DNA of 63,700 nucleotides, the filler included. It is 6 parts of 6 records of this genome, joined end to end, with 100 filler letters (N's around TTAATTAATTAA, not from the genome) between each part and the next. Parts side by side here need not be neighbours in the genome. Positions count along the whole stretch, not along the records: positions 50,817 to 63,700 come from SRR31156797_2384; 5 more parts are not named here. The stretch is one strand, 5' to 3'. The translations under genes were made by a program, and so were the position numbers. This document shows positions 54,254-63,700 of the stretch, piece by piece. Position 1 is the stretch's first letter. Each line of letters starts with the position of its first letter. The notes below the pieces were generated by a model that saw only the letters and a list, made by a program, of their open reading frames with translations, was not told where the DNA came from and searched no databases.

Positions 54254-54313
54254 ATTTTATACAAATAAAGATAAAATAGTCCAATTTTAACAAAAAGAAC
54301 TAGAGGATTTTAA

Positions 54314-55057
54314 ATGAAATTTACAGGTACAAATGTATTAGTAACAGGCGCTAGTAAAGGGATCGGTGCTGAAATTGCAAAAGTATTAGCTGGGTATGGA
54401 TTAAAAGTTTGGATCAACTATAGAAGTAAACCAGAACTTGCTGATGCAGTTAAAGAGGAGATTGAAAAAGCTGGTGGAACTGCTGCTGTTATCAAAGGAG
54501 ATGTGTCGATTGAAGCTGATTGGTCTGAGATGATCAAAACAATTGTAGATAGTGATGGGAAAATGGATTACCTTGTAAATAATGCAGGGATTACAAAAGA
54601 TAAACTAGCTATTAGAATGTCTCTACAAGATTTTGATGATGTAATTGATGCAAATCTAAAATCAACTTTCATTGGATGCAGAGATGGACTAAAAATTATG
54701 TCTAAAAAGAAATTTGGTGCTGTTGTAAATATTTCATCAATCGTTGGAGAGATGGGAAATCCTGGACAAACAAACTACTCTGCAAGTAAAGGTGGAGTAA
54801 ACACTATGACAAAAGCTTTTGCAAAAGAAGGAAGTGCTAGAGCAATTCGATTCAACGCTGTAACTCCAGGATTCATTAGAACTGATATGACTGATGAACT
54901 TAAAGAGGAAGTAAAAGAGACTTATGAAAAGAATATTCCACTAAGCCGATTTGGAGAGGCAAGTGAAGTAGCTGATGCTGTAGCATTTCTTTTAAGTGAT
55001 CACTCAAGTTATATCACTGGAGAGATACTAAAAGTAAATGGTGGACTATACGTTTAA
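54314..55057 (+). CDS. fabG: 3-oxoacyl-ACP reductase
   Basis: TGASKGIG, NNAGIT and YSASK motifs; precedes acpP. Confidence 0.95.
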   Translation: MKFTGTNVLVTGASKGIGAEIAKVLAGYGLKVWINYRSKPELADAVKEEIEKAGGTAAVIKGDVSIEADWSEMIKTIVDSDGKMDYLVNNAGITKDKLAIRMSLQDFDDVIDANLKSTFIGCRDGLKIMSKKKFGAVVNISSIVGEMGNPGQTNYSASKGGVNTMTKAFAKEGSARAIRFNAVTPGFIRTDMTDELKEEVKETYEKNIPLSRFGEASEVADAVAFLLSDHSSYITGEILKVNGGLYV

Positions 55058-55134
55058 GACAAAATGAGAAAAAAAGATTTTTTTCAAAAATTTTATGATA
55101 TAATTGGCCTAAATTTTAAGTAAAAGGAATTTTA

Positions 55135-55359
55135 ATGTTAGAAAAAGTAAAAGAAGTTGTAGTTGAACAACTAGATTGTAACGCGGACGAAATTAAAGAA
55201 GAATCAAGATTTATCGAAGATCTTGGAGCGGACTCTTTAGATGTAGTAGAGCTTGTAATGGCTTTAGAAGAAGAGTTTGATATCGAAATTCCTGATGAAG
55301 ACGCAGAAAAAATCTTAACTGTTGGTGATGCAATCAAATATATTGAAGACCACAAGTAA
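55135..55359 (+). CDS. acpP: Acyl carrier protein
   Basis: [12 protein letters not shown] motif. Confidence 0.97.
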   Translation: MLEKVKEVVVEQLDCNADEIKEESRFIEDLGADSLDVVELVMALEEEFDIEIPDEDAEKILTVGDAIKYIEDHK

Positions 55360-55373
55360 GACTTATTTTACTC

Positions 55374-55416
55374 AAAGTACAAGTATTTGGTCTTCAAATA
55401 CTTGTACTTTTTTTAT
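55374..55416 (+). terminator. Intrinsic terminator after acpP
   Basis: AAAGTACAAGTATTTG-GTCTT-CAAATACTTGTACTTT plus T tract. Confidence 0.8.
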
Positions 55417-55490
55417 AGGTTAAATAGAGTTTAAAATAGTTAGATTCTATTTAGCTTAAACTATACACTACAAAACAAATTGGAGAATAT

Positions 55491-56750
55491 ATGCAGACAC
55501 AAAGAGTTGTTGTAACAGGACTAGGGATGATCAATGCATTGGGACACAATGTAGCTGATTCATTTGAAGCGATAAAAGCAGGGAAAACTGGTGTAGATAA
55601 GATCTCACTATTTGATGCTTCTGAGTTTCCAGTTCAAATAGCTGCAGAAGTTAAAGATTTTGATCAAAATGCAATCTTAGGAAAAAAAGAAGCAAAAAAA
55701 GCAGATAGATTTATCCATCTTGGTATCCATGCTGCACAAGAAGCGATGGAAGATGCTGGACTTGTAACAGATAATAAAGTAGATGATTCTATCAGCGAAC
55801 GATTTGGTATCGTATCAGCTTCAGGTATTGGAGGACTTACAAATATTGAAAAAAACTCACTTATTTGTGGAACAAGGGGACCTGGGAAAATCTCACCATT
55901 TTTTATCCCATCATCTTTAGTAAATATGCTTGGTGGATTTATCACTATCCAACACAATCTAAAAGGGCCAAACCTTTCAGTGGTAACTGCATGTGCAGCA
56001 GGAACTCACGCAGTTGCAGATGCAGCAAAAGTTCTTATGCTAGGTGGCGCTGATAAGATGCTAGTAGTTGGTGCTGAATCTGCAGTTTGTGGTGCTGGTG
56101 TTGGTGGATTTGCTTCTATGAAAGCTTTAAGTACTAGAAATGATGATCCAGCAACTGCATCAAGACCATTTGATAGTGGAAGAGATGGATTTGTAATGGG
56201 TGAAGGTTCAGGGGCTTTAGTATTAGAGACTTTAGAATCTGCTGAAGCTAGAGGAGCTAAAATCTACGCTGAAGTAATTGGATTTGGTGAAAGTGGTGAT
56301 GCAAACCATATCACAACTCCAACACAAGATGGACCACTACGTGCTATGAAAGCAGCTTATGAGATGGCAAAGAAAAACAATGGTGGAGAGATAAAAATAG
56401 ACTATGTAAATGCACATGGTACAAGTACACCAATTAATGATAAAAATGAAACAGCAGCACTAAAAGATCTTTTTGCTGGAAAACAAGAGTGTCCACCAGT
56501 TAGTTCAACAAAAGGACAAACTGGACACTGTTTAGGAGCAGCTGGAGCTATTGAAGCTATCCTTTCAATTAAAGCTATGGAAGAGGGAATTATCCCTCCA
56601 ACGATCAATCAAATCGAAGCAGATGAGAATTGTGATCTTGATTATGTTCCAAATAGTGCTAGAGAGGCTGAACTTGATATAGTTATGAGTAACTCTTTTG
56701 GGTTTGGTGGAACAAATGGTGTTATAATATTAAAAAAATATACAAAGTAG
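55491..56750 (+). CDS. fabF: Beta-ketoacyl-ACP synthase II
   Basis: TACAAG, NAHGTST, GHCLG and NSFGFGG motifs. Confidence 0.95.
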   Translation: MQTQRVVVTGLGMINALGHNVADSFEAIKAGKTGVDKISLFDASEFPVQIAAEVKDFDQNAILGKKEAKKADRFIHLGIHAAQEAMEDAGLVTDNKVDDSISERFGIVSASGIGGLTNIEKNSLICGTRGPGKISPFFIPSSLVNMLGGFITIQHNLKGPNLSVVTACAAGTHAVADAAKVLMLGGADKMLVVGAESAVCGAGVGGFASMKALSTRNDDPATASRPFDSGRDGFVMGEGSGALVLETLESAEARGAKIYAEVIGFGESGDANHITTPTQDGPLRAMKAAYEMAKKNNGGEIKIDYVNAHGTSTPINDKNETAALKDLFAGKQECPPVSSTKGQTGHCLGAAGAIEAILSIKAMEEGIIPPTINQIEADENCDLDYVPNSAREAELDIVMSNSFGFGGTNGVIILKKYTK

Positions 56751-56759
56751 GTAAATGAT

Positions 56760-57692
56760 ATGGCTACATACTTAGATTTTGAAGAAAGCTTAAAAAAAAT
56801 CGAAGAGGATATTATCGTAGCTAAAACAAAAGCCGATGAATATGCTGTTTCTATTTTAGAGAAAAAACTTGAAAAAGAGGTTGAAAAAACATATTCAAAC
56901 CTCTCTGATTTTCAAAAACTTAAACTCGCACGTCACGTTGATAGACCATATGCGATGGACTATATCAAAGGTCTTATGAGAGATTCATATGAGATTCATG
57001 GAGATAGACATCTTGCAGATGATCAAGCAATCGTTTGTTTTATGGGATATATCGGTGATAAAAAATGTGTAGTTATTGGTGAGCAAAAAGGACGAGGTGT
57101 AAAAAACAAGATCAAAAGAAATTTTGGTATGCCAAATCCTGAAGGGTATAGAAAAGCACTTCGAGCTGCAAAACTAGCAGAAAAATTCAATCTACCAATC
57201 CTATTTTTAGTAGACACTCCAGGTGCATATCCGGGGATCGGTGCGGAAGAGCGAAGTCAAAGTGAAGCGATCGCTAGAAACCTCTTTGAACTTAGTGATA
57301 TGAAAACAATAATCGTATCAGTAGTTATAGGTGAAGGTGGTTCAGGTGGAGCTTTAGCGATCTCAATTGGTGATAAACTAGCGATGATGAGATATAGTGT
57401 ATACTCTGTAATTTCACCAGAAGGGTGTGCAAGTATCCTTTGGAAAGATCAAGCTATGGTGGAAACTGCTACAAATGCTCTAAAGATCACATCAACTGAT
57501 CTTAAAAAATATGACCTAGTAGATGATGTTATCAATGAACCACTTATTGGTGCTCATAGAGATAGAGAAAATGCTGTAAAAGCACTTGGTGATTATTTTA
57601 TCGACTCTGTTGATGAACTTGAAAAATTATCAACTGAAGAAAGATTAGAGAAAAGATATAATAGACTTCTTAGTCTTGGAAGCTTCGCTTAA
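56760..57692 (+). CDS. accA: Acetyl-CoA carboxylase carboxyltransferase alpha
   Basis: [20 protein letters not shown] and GEGGSGGA motifs. Confidence 0.96.
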   Translation: MATYLDFEESLKKIEEDIIVAKTKADEYAVSILEKKLEKEVEKTYSNLSDFQKLKLARHVDRPYAMDYIKGLMRDSYEIHGDRHLADDQAIVCFMGYIGDKKCVVIGEQKGRGVKNKIKRNFGMPNPEGYRKALRAAKLAEKFNLPILFLVDTPGAYPGIGAEERSQSEAIARNLFELSDMKTIIVSVVIGEGGSGGALAISIGDKLAMMRYSVYSVISPEGCASILWKDQAMVETATNALKITSTDLKKYDLVDDVINEPLIGAHRDRENAVKALGDYFIDSVDELEKLSTEERLEKRYNRLLSLGSFA

Positions 57693-57733
57693 CTTAATAT
57701 AATAATCTATAGTTTTGATATTAACTTAATCAA

Positions 57734-57765
57734 ATTTATTGAATAATATTAATTATTCAATAAAT
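57734..57765. repeat. Perfect 14-bp inverted repeat (terminator- or operator-like)
   Basis: ATTTATTGAATAAT-ATTA-ATTATTCAATAAAT. Confidence 0.5.
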
Positions 57766-58140
57766 AGGAAATGCTATTGTTTACAAAACTTCATCAATCA
57801 CACTTAAAATTACTTTCTAAAATATCTATTTATCAATCTAATTATACAAAGCAAGTTAATAAAAAAATAGATTTTATTATGGGAAATCAATTTAATAATG
57901 TCATTGCTCTTTTCTTTTTATTATTTTGGATATTATTTAGTTTAGAAGTCGCACTCAACTTTATATTATTTGGAATATTGATATATAGTATAAAAAGAGT
58001 AGTATCTTATATATACTTTAGCCTTTTTATCCATTTTATTTATTCAATACTAAGTTACAGAAAAGTTTTTATCAAACTTTTAAGATTAGAATTATTTTTA
58101 ATAAAAAAATTCACTACTTAAAAACTTACTTATCAAAATT

Positions 58141-59028
58141 TTATTTTTCTAGTAACTCATACATAGCTTTAATCTCTTGATCCCAAATGGTTTCATCGAT
58201 TGTTTCTAATACTAATGGAATATCATCCATTCTAGGATCATTCATAATATATTTAAATGCATCCCAACCAATCTCACCCTCACCCAAAGAATGGTGTCTA
58301 TCTACTCTACTTCCTAAAGCTGGTTTAGAATCATTGATGTGCATTCCCATTAAAAACTCTCGTCCTACTATTTTATCAAAATCGCTCCAAGTTTTATCAT
58401 AGGCTTCTTTTGTTCTTATATCATATCCAGCAGTAAACATATGGCAAGTATCTATACAAACTCCGACCCTACTTTTATCTTCAACTCTATCGATGATATA
58501 TTCAAGATGTTCAAACTTATATCCTAAGTTTGTCCCTTGACCAGCAGTATTTTCAATCACTGCTTTTACGTTTTTTGTACGATCTAGTGCTATATTTATT
58601 GAATCAGCTATTACATCAAGACATTCTAGTTCTGCATAATGGATCTTTTCATTATATTCAGGATCTCTTTTTCCTATTTTTACAAGATGGCTTCCTGGGT
58701 GAAAATTTAATCTATCTAGTCCTAAGATATCACACCGCTCCATCTCATCAATAAATGCTGCTCTACTTTTTTCAAGTTTCTCTTCCTCTGGATGTCCAAG
58801 ATTAATTAGGTAGCTATCATGAGGTAAGATATGTTTTGGTAGTATTCCACTCTCTTCAAGGTTTTTAAACCATGCGTCTAAAGTTTTTGTATCAAATGGT
58901 TTAGCATCCCACCTTTTTTGATTTTTAGTAAATAAAGCAAATGCTTTTGCTCCTATTGCCATAGCATTTAAAGGTGCATTTTGCACCCCACCTGTTGCAC
59001 TTACATGAGCTCCTACAAATTTATTCAT
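58141..59028 (-). CDS. nfo: Endonuclease IV
   Basis: GAHVS, HDSYLIN, FHPGS, ENTAGQG, DTCH and HINDS motifs. Confidence 0.95.
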   Translation of the reverse strand: MNKFVGAHVSATGGVQNAPLNAMAIGAKAFALFTKNQKRWDAKPFDTKTLDAWFKNLEESGILPKHILPHDSYLINLGHPEEEKLEKSRAAFIDEMERCDILGLDRLNFHPGSHLVKIGKRDPEYNEKIHYAELECLDVIADSINIALDRTKNVKAVIENTAGQGTNLGYKFEHLEYIIDRVEDKSRVGVCIDTCHMFTAGYDIRTKEAYDKTWSDFDKIVGREFLMGMHINDSKPALGSRVDRHHSLGEGEIGWDAFKYIMNDPRMDDIPLVLETIDETIWDQEIKAMYELLEK

Positions 59029-59042
59029 TCTTTTCCTTTAAA

Positions 59043-59414
59043 TTATTTTACTTTTATTAAGATACCGTTTGTTTTATCTTTATGGTATATATTTTTTTGA
59101 GAAAAAAGATTATACAAAAAGTCCTCTTTATATGAAGTATGGAGATACTGTTTATTAAAAGCATCTCCACTTATACATTCGATTGTGCTTTTACATACTC
59201 TATTTTTATAAATTGTAAGATCAAGTACCACATGTCCCACTTCAAATATCTGAAGATGTATATGGTCATCAAAATAGTTGATAAATCCTTTATCATAAAA
59301 CTTCATCGTTGGGGTTTTAAAAATGATCACGGAACTTTTTGAAACTATAGGCTGCTTTAATGAACATCCAACAAAAAGTATACTTATGATGATAGCGATT
59401 ATATATTTATACAT
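59043..59414 (-). CDS. Putative lipoprotein
   Basis: Lipobox FVGC after a hydrophobic signal. Confidence 0.75.
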   Translation of the reverse strand: MYKYIIAIIISILFVGCSLKQPIVSKSSVIIFKTPTMKFYDKGFINYFDDHIHLQIFEVGHVVLDLTIYKNRVCKSTIECISGDAFNKQYLHTSYKEDFLYNLFSQKNIYHKDKTNGILIKVK

Positions 59415-59533
59415 ACTCTTATTATATAACTATTATGCTATAAAACCCTTAATCACTCCATCTCACATACAAGTACACACTCACTACACGTAAAATCATT
59501 ATAATCTCTCAAATCAATAAAAAAGGAACGACC

Positions 59534-60004
59534 ATGATGGAACAAAGAGGAATCCTGTTTGCAGGTAAAAAACTACTTATTTCACTTCTAATGCTTTCAA
59601 CACTAGCATTTAGTGCAGGTTTTTATGATAAAGGGACAACAAAAGGGATCGAAGTAGAGATCAAATCAGAGAAAACTCTTGTAGAAGGGAATAATGATAT
59701 TGAGATCAAACTTACAAAAGAGGGAAAAGCGATTACAAATGCAAAAGTAAGAGCAAAGTTTTTTATGCCTGAGATGCCAGGGATGCCTTATATGGACTAT
59801 ATAGGAAATGCTACACTTGATGGTGATGTATATAAAACTATGATCAACTTCTCTATGGGTGGTACGTGGCAGTATCATGTACAGTTTAAACTTGATGGGA
59901 AAAAATATAGATATAGAGGAAGTGTAAACCTTGGACAATCAAGTGATGGAATGAAGTGTGGCGCAGGGAAATGTGGTGCTGGAAAATGTGGAGGAGGGAA
60001 ATAA
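59534..60004 (+). CDS. YtkA/FixH-like periplasmic metal-associated protein with KCG-repeat tail
   Basis: Signal peptide, MPEMPGMPYM, FSMGGTW and C-terminal MKCGAGKCGAGKCGGGK. Confidence 0.8.
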   Translation: MMEQRGILFAGKKLLISLLMLSTLAFSAGFYDKGTTKGIEVEIKSEKTLVEGNNDIEIKLTKEGKAITNAKVRAKFFMPEMPGMPYMDYIGNATLDGDVYKTMINFSMGGTWQYHVQFKLDGKKYRYRGSVNLGQSSDGMKCGAGKCGAGKCGGGK

Positions 60005-60007
60005 GCC

Positions 60008-61195
60008 GTGAAAGCTTTACTCCTTCTACTTATCTGTTTCAGTCTCTATGCTGAGAGCTTAAATGATTTGATACAAAAAGTATATAATAACAATCCAACA
60101 ATACTAAAACTATCATCTCAGATAGAGGTGAGTGATTATGATATTGCTAATAGTACACTTTATAAAAACCCTATACTTACTGTAGGACTCAATGATATCA
60201 ACTTTGATGATCCAAGCAAAAGAGACCTTGAAGCGATGCAAGCTGAATATATCACTATCTCTCAAGAGTTTACAGGTTCTGATAAACTTGATATCAAAAA
60301 ACAGATTGAGACTACCAACAAAAAAATATCTATTTTACTCTTAGAAGAACAAAAAGATAGAATCATCAAAACCTTATATCAATACTACTTTACCTATGAA
60401 CAACTTATAAAAAAAATAGAACTCAACAAACAAAAAATAGCCAATATTGAAAAAATAAGTGAATACCATACAAACCATATGCAACATAAAAAAGCATTCC
60501 AAGAGATTTTAAATAATGACCTTAACATCGATAAGCTGAACCTTCAAATTATTTTTGATAAAGAGAAACAAAAACAGATACTAATAAATATAAGTGAGCT
60601 TGTAGGAGAAACTATTAGAACAATAGAGCCACTCAATAAAAAGCTTACACCAACACAAACTGTTAAGTTAGAAGAGCATAAACTTCTTTTAATAGAAAAA
60701 GAAAATATCCAAAAGAGACTCCAAACAAAAGAGTTAGCTAAAGAGAACCAATCTAGTGATTATACTTTAAGTGCTGGATATTTCCATAGAGATCAATTTG
60801 ATGACTATATGAATGTAGCTATAAAGTTTCCCCTTAATATCTATGGAAAAGAGAAAAATAATCTTCTTAAAGCCCGCAAAAAAATAGATATAGCTCATAG
60901 TAAATATACTGAAGTAAAAAACTCTTTGAAAAAAAGATATGAGATGGAGCTTTCAAAAAGAGAACTAAACTTGCGATCTTTAGAATATATCCATAAAATA
61001 AACCAACACCTTGAAAAAGAGAAAGAGCTTATTTTAAATAAAAATAATATCGACTCACTGATTGAGGTTTTGATGATCGATAATAAACTCATAGAAAATA
61101 TGATTCTTAAAACAAACTATAATAAAGAGCTTCAAATAGCAAATATACAACTGCACTATCTAAGCTCAAACCTTCAAAGGATACGTTATGAATAA
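60008..61195 (+). CDS. TolC-family outer membrane efflux protein
   Basis: Signal peptide, NNP, helical repeats and KFPLNIY; upstream of a membrane fusion protein. Confidence 0.8.
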   Translation: MKALLLLLICFSLYAESLNDLIQKVYNNNPTILKLSSQIEVSDYDIANSTLYKNPILTVGLNDINFDDPSKRDLEAMQAEYITISQEFTGSDKLDIKKQIETTNKKISILLLEEQKDRIIKTLYQYYFTYEQLIKKIELNKQKIANIEKISEYHTNHMQHKKAFQEILNNDLNIDKLNLQIIFDKEKQKQILINISELVGETIRTIEPLNKKLTPTQTVKLEEHKLLLIEKENIQKRLQTKELAKENQSSDYTLSAGYFHRDQFDDYMNVAIKFPLNIYGKEKNNLLKARKKIDIAHSKYTEVKNSLKKRYEMELSKRELNLRSLEYIHKINQHLEKEKELILNKNNIDSLIEVLMIDNKLIENMILKTNYNKELQIANIQLHYLSSNLQRIRYE

Positions 61196-62144
61196 ACTTC
61201 TCATTATACTCTTAATCTCTTTTAGTATCTTAAATGCTTTTAAAATAGAACAAGAATTTAATATAAAAACAATAGAAGTACAAACAAAAGATATCTCAAT
61301 TTATAAAGAGTTTTATGGAAAAGTTGTCCCAGATAATGGAAAAGTTCACAATCTCTCTATGAGATTTGATGGATTTATTACTAAACTTTATATTCCCGAA
61401 GAGTTCTCATATATAAAAAAAGGAGATAAGCTTTTTGATATCTACTCAGAGAGTATTTATAATCTTTATGACGAACTAGCTATTTCTAAAAATAGATCAC
61501 AATCTTTATACAAATCAGTTCAAAAAAAGTTTGATCTTTTTGGGATAGATCCTAAAAATAAAAAAGGGGATGATACTCTTATCACAAGTCCATACACAGG
61601 ATATATAACAAAACATACGATCAATGAGGGAAGCTATATCAAAAAAGGACAAACAGTTTTTGAAGTAACTGATCTAAGCTCTGTTTGGGTTTTAGTAAAT
61701 ATCTATCAAAAGGATTCTCAGTTTGTAAACCTTGGGATGGATGTAGAGCTTAGCTTTGATGGACTAAACCAAAAGTTTACAGGCAAAATTGAAAAGATAT
61801 ATCCGTCACTAAATCCAAAAGATCAAACAATAAGTGCTAGAGTATCACTTAAAAATGAAGATCTAAAACTTCTTCCAAATATGTTTGCTAAGGCAAAAGT
61901 ATTTGAAAAAGCAGATACAGTTATCATCGTACCTAAAAATGCAGTAGTTCAAAGAGATGGGAAACAGTATGTGTTCTTTAAAGATGGAACATATTTCACA
62001 CCAAGTGAAGTAGTAGCTACTCGTATTCCTGAGGGATATAAGATTACTGAGGGATTAAGTGTAGGAGATACTATTGTGACTAATGCTTTATTCTTACTTG
62101 ATAGTGATGCTATTACAAATGGGCTTTATAGTGATGATTGGTAA
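61188..62144 (+). CDS. CusB-like RND efflux periplasmic adaptor
   Basis: RFDGFITKL, DLSSVWV, LLPNMFA, VPKNAV and ALFLLDSD motifs. Confidence 0.85.
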   Translation: MNKLLIILLISFSILNAFKIEQEFNIKTIEVQTKDISIYKEFYGKVVPDNGKVHNLSMRFDGFITKLYIPEEFSYIKKGDKLFDIYSESIYNLYDELAISKNRSQSLYKSVQKKFDLFGIDPKNKKGDDTLITSPYTGYITKHTINEGSYIKKGQTVFEVTDLSSVWVLVNIYQKDSQFVNLGMDVELSFDGLNQKFTGKIEKIYPSLNPKDQTISARVSLKNEDLKLLPNMFAKAKVFEKADTVIIVPKNAVVQRDGKQYVFFKDGTYFTPSEVVATRIPEGYKITEGLSVGDTIVTNALFLLDSDAITNGLYSDDW

Positions 62145-62400
62145 TAGAATTTTATTTACTATATTATTTTTTAATCTAGCTACACTTTATGATACATAGA
62201 ATGCTCCACTCTAGCTCTGAAAGTGCCAAAATAAAGTTTCTCGATAACAATATTCATGTAAAAGAGATTTTGAGTAATATGGACATTTACCCTATTAATA
62301 TCAATAATTCTTAAAAGCTACAAAGAAGTAAACTAGAAATACTATCTCCTAAAACGGCAAATCATATTCTTTCATTCTTAGATCTTTTGATAGTAATGAT

Positions 62401-62700
62401 ATCACTAAAGAACTATATAAATGAGTAAACACTATTGAAAAACTTAAAAAACTCAAAATAGATAATAAAAGAGAACAATATCTAAATACTGATGAAATAA
62501 GAATATTGATCGATATAATAGGAGATAAAGAATTCTTTATATCTTTTGTTACTTGCACTTTCAACTGGAGCAAGTGTAAGCTTTAATATAATGATTAAAA
62601 GAATAGAGTTGTAAGCCGCATATCAACACATCAATATGACTTTAAGAAGATATGCTAGGTTAGCTCCTGATAATGATAGACATATGGTTAATACTATTAT
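62401..62700 (+). pseudogene. Tyrosine integrase relic
   Basis: Fragments KLKIDNKREQYL..EI..L, frameshifted LYLLLLALSTGA(S) (box I-like) and INMTLRRYARLAPDN (catalytic Tyr region), with stops and a large internal deletion. Confidence 0.65.
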
Positions 62701-62718
62701 ATGCAGAATTTATTAAAA

Positions 62719-63423
62719 TTATGATATTACATGTGCAATTTTTGAAAAACGTTTAATTATATATGACTTCTTATTTTCATATGAACCTATATCAGAAGCT
62801 TCCTTTGATCTAGTATCAATGTAATAATCATAAATTGTTTTATCACCTAAAGATTTATAAATTTGAGTATCTGCCCTAATTAAATCTTTATTTGCATGAA
62901 TAACTTCTTTATAAGAATCTAAAATTCCTCTATGTAAATGAGAAATTGCACGTTTTTTATTCACTTCTAAATTTTCATGACTCTGACATGTTGTAATTAG
63001 ATGAGATAATGCATTGTTAAACTCAACTAATAAATCTTGTATTTTTCTACTTGTATGATCAATCTTTAGTTTTGTTGATACAAAATCATATGAGTATATA
63101 AATCTGGCTAAATACCACACAATTTCATCGTCCATAATGCGACTTAATTGATCTACCCATCTAATACCATCATGACAATTTACTATATTAATACCATTTA
63201 AATAACTTCTATGTTTTTCAATTGCTAATGCTAAATTATCTAATGATTTTTTTGTTGCAGTGAAAGTTGTAGTATCACTAATTAATAAAGCTAAGTTTAC
63301 TTTAAATAAGTCGATTAAGGAGAAAGTTCTACCCTCAATCAAAGCTTCTTCTAAATCTGATTGCCAAAACTTACAATATGATTCAAAAAATTTTTTAATC
63401 AATATTGGTGAAGCATCAGACAC
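62719..63423 (-). CDS. Hypothetical helical protein
   Basis: 234 aa; EFNNALSHL...AISHLHRGILDSYK; GTG start with AAGGA RBS. Confidence 0.7.
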   Translation of the reverse strand: MSDASPILIKKFFESYCKFWQSDLEEALIEGRTFSLIDLFKVNLALLISDTTTFTATKKSLDNLALAIEKHRSYLNGINIVNCHDGIRWVDQLSRIMDDEIVWYLARFIYSYDFVSTKLKIDHTSRKIQDLLVEFNNALSHLITTCQSHENLEVNKKRAISHLHRGILDSYKEVIHANKDLIRADTQIYKSLGDKTIYDYYIDTRSKEASDIGSYENKKSYIIKRFSKIAHVIS

Positions 63424-63425
63424 TG

Positions 63426-63593
63426 CTAGTTTCCTTTAGCAGCTTCTCTTGCTGCACTATATGCTTGTTCGATAAGACTTTGTAATGATGTTGGATGAAG
63501 TTCATCAGATAATGTATCAGAAACTGATCCTTTTCCTGTACGACTAAGTCTTACAGTACCTTTTCCTGGTGTTGCTTCACAAATTGTTGGCAT
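63426..63593 (-). CDS. Small hypothetical protein (55 aa; not in the ORF track)
   Basis: MPTICEATPGKG...AYSAAREAAKGN*; its stop lies 2 nt before the next GTG and its 3' end contains that gene's RBS. Confidence 0.5.
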   Translation of the reverse strand: MPTICEATPGKGTVRLSRTGKGSVSDTLSDELHPTSLQSLIEQAYSAAREAAKGN

Positions 63594-63700
63594 TTTTTGT
63601 ATATCAAATGATATACGTTTTAAACCAAATTCTGAATCTACCTTTAAGTTTTTGAGATCTTCTAACTCTACTAGTCTAATCTATTAAAAACTCTTAATTA

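Noticed and set aside
57771-58121. 116-aa hydrophobic ORF between accA and nfo
   Set aside because: Extremely AT-rich, low-complexity F/I/L/K composition typical of spurious ORFs; cannot be supported without homologues.
62349-62573. 74-aa minus-strand ORF
   Set aside because: Antisense to the integrase relic, which explains the sequence better.

Overview
This window is not one locus. It is six unrelated contigs joined by 100-nt N spacers that carry an artificial TTAATTAATTAA linker (10144-10243, 16371-16470, 29218-29317, 43527-43626, 50717-50816). Taxonomic labels below are inferred from gene content and composition. (1) 1-10143, Deltaproteobacteria-like: an acyl-CoA dehydrogenase pair, an XRE-cupin regulator, a Liv-type ABC importer and a CoA ligase. 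(2) 10244-16370, Desulfobacterales-like: cobalamin riboswitch plus TonB receptor, MerR regulator, Tat-exported agmatine-deiminase-family enzyme and a YadA-type adhesin end. (3) 16471-29217, GC-rich alphaproteobacterial: a DeoR/enolase-superfamily/Dpp-type ABC module, purine salvage genes, and two adjacent genes each broken by an in-frame TAG. (4) 29318-43526, Vibrio core genome: rrn P1/P2 promoters, hemG-trkH-yigZ, fadBA, punRC, glmU, atpAGDC. (5) 43627-50716, Methanosarcinaceae-like archaeon: a single CRISPR-type repeat runs directly into what looks like a decayed provirus head-module region. That region carries tandem Cys-rich paralogues and AT-rich cargo or defence candidates (Abi-alpha-like, Zn-ribbon/HEPN-like, membrane proteins) and ends in a truncated prohead-protease-like ORF next to host housekeeping genes. 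(6) 50817-63700, Campylobacterota (Arcobacter-like): tsdA, a Cache protein plus two-component system, fab genes, nfo, a metal efflux operon lacking its RND pump, an integrase relic and an uncharacterised two-gene unit. Contig 5 is the most interesting part. All family assignments come from motif recognition by eye, not from database searches.
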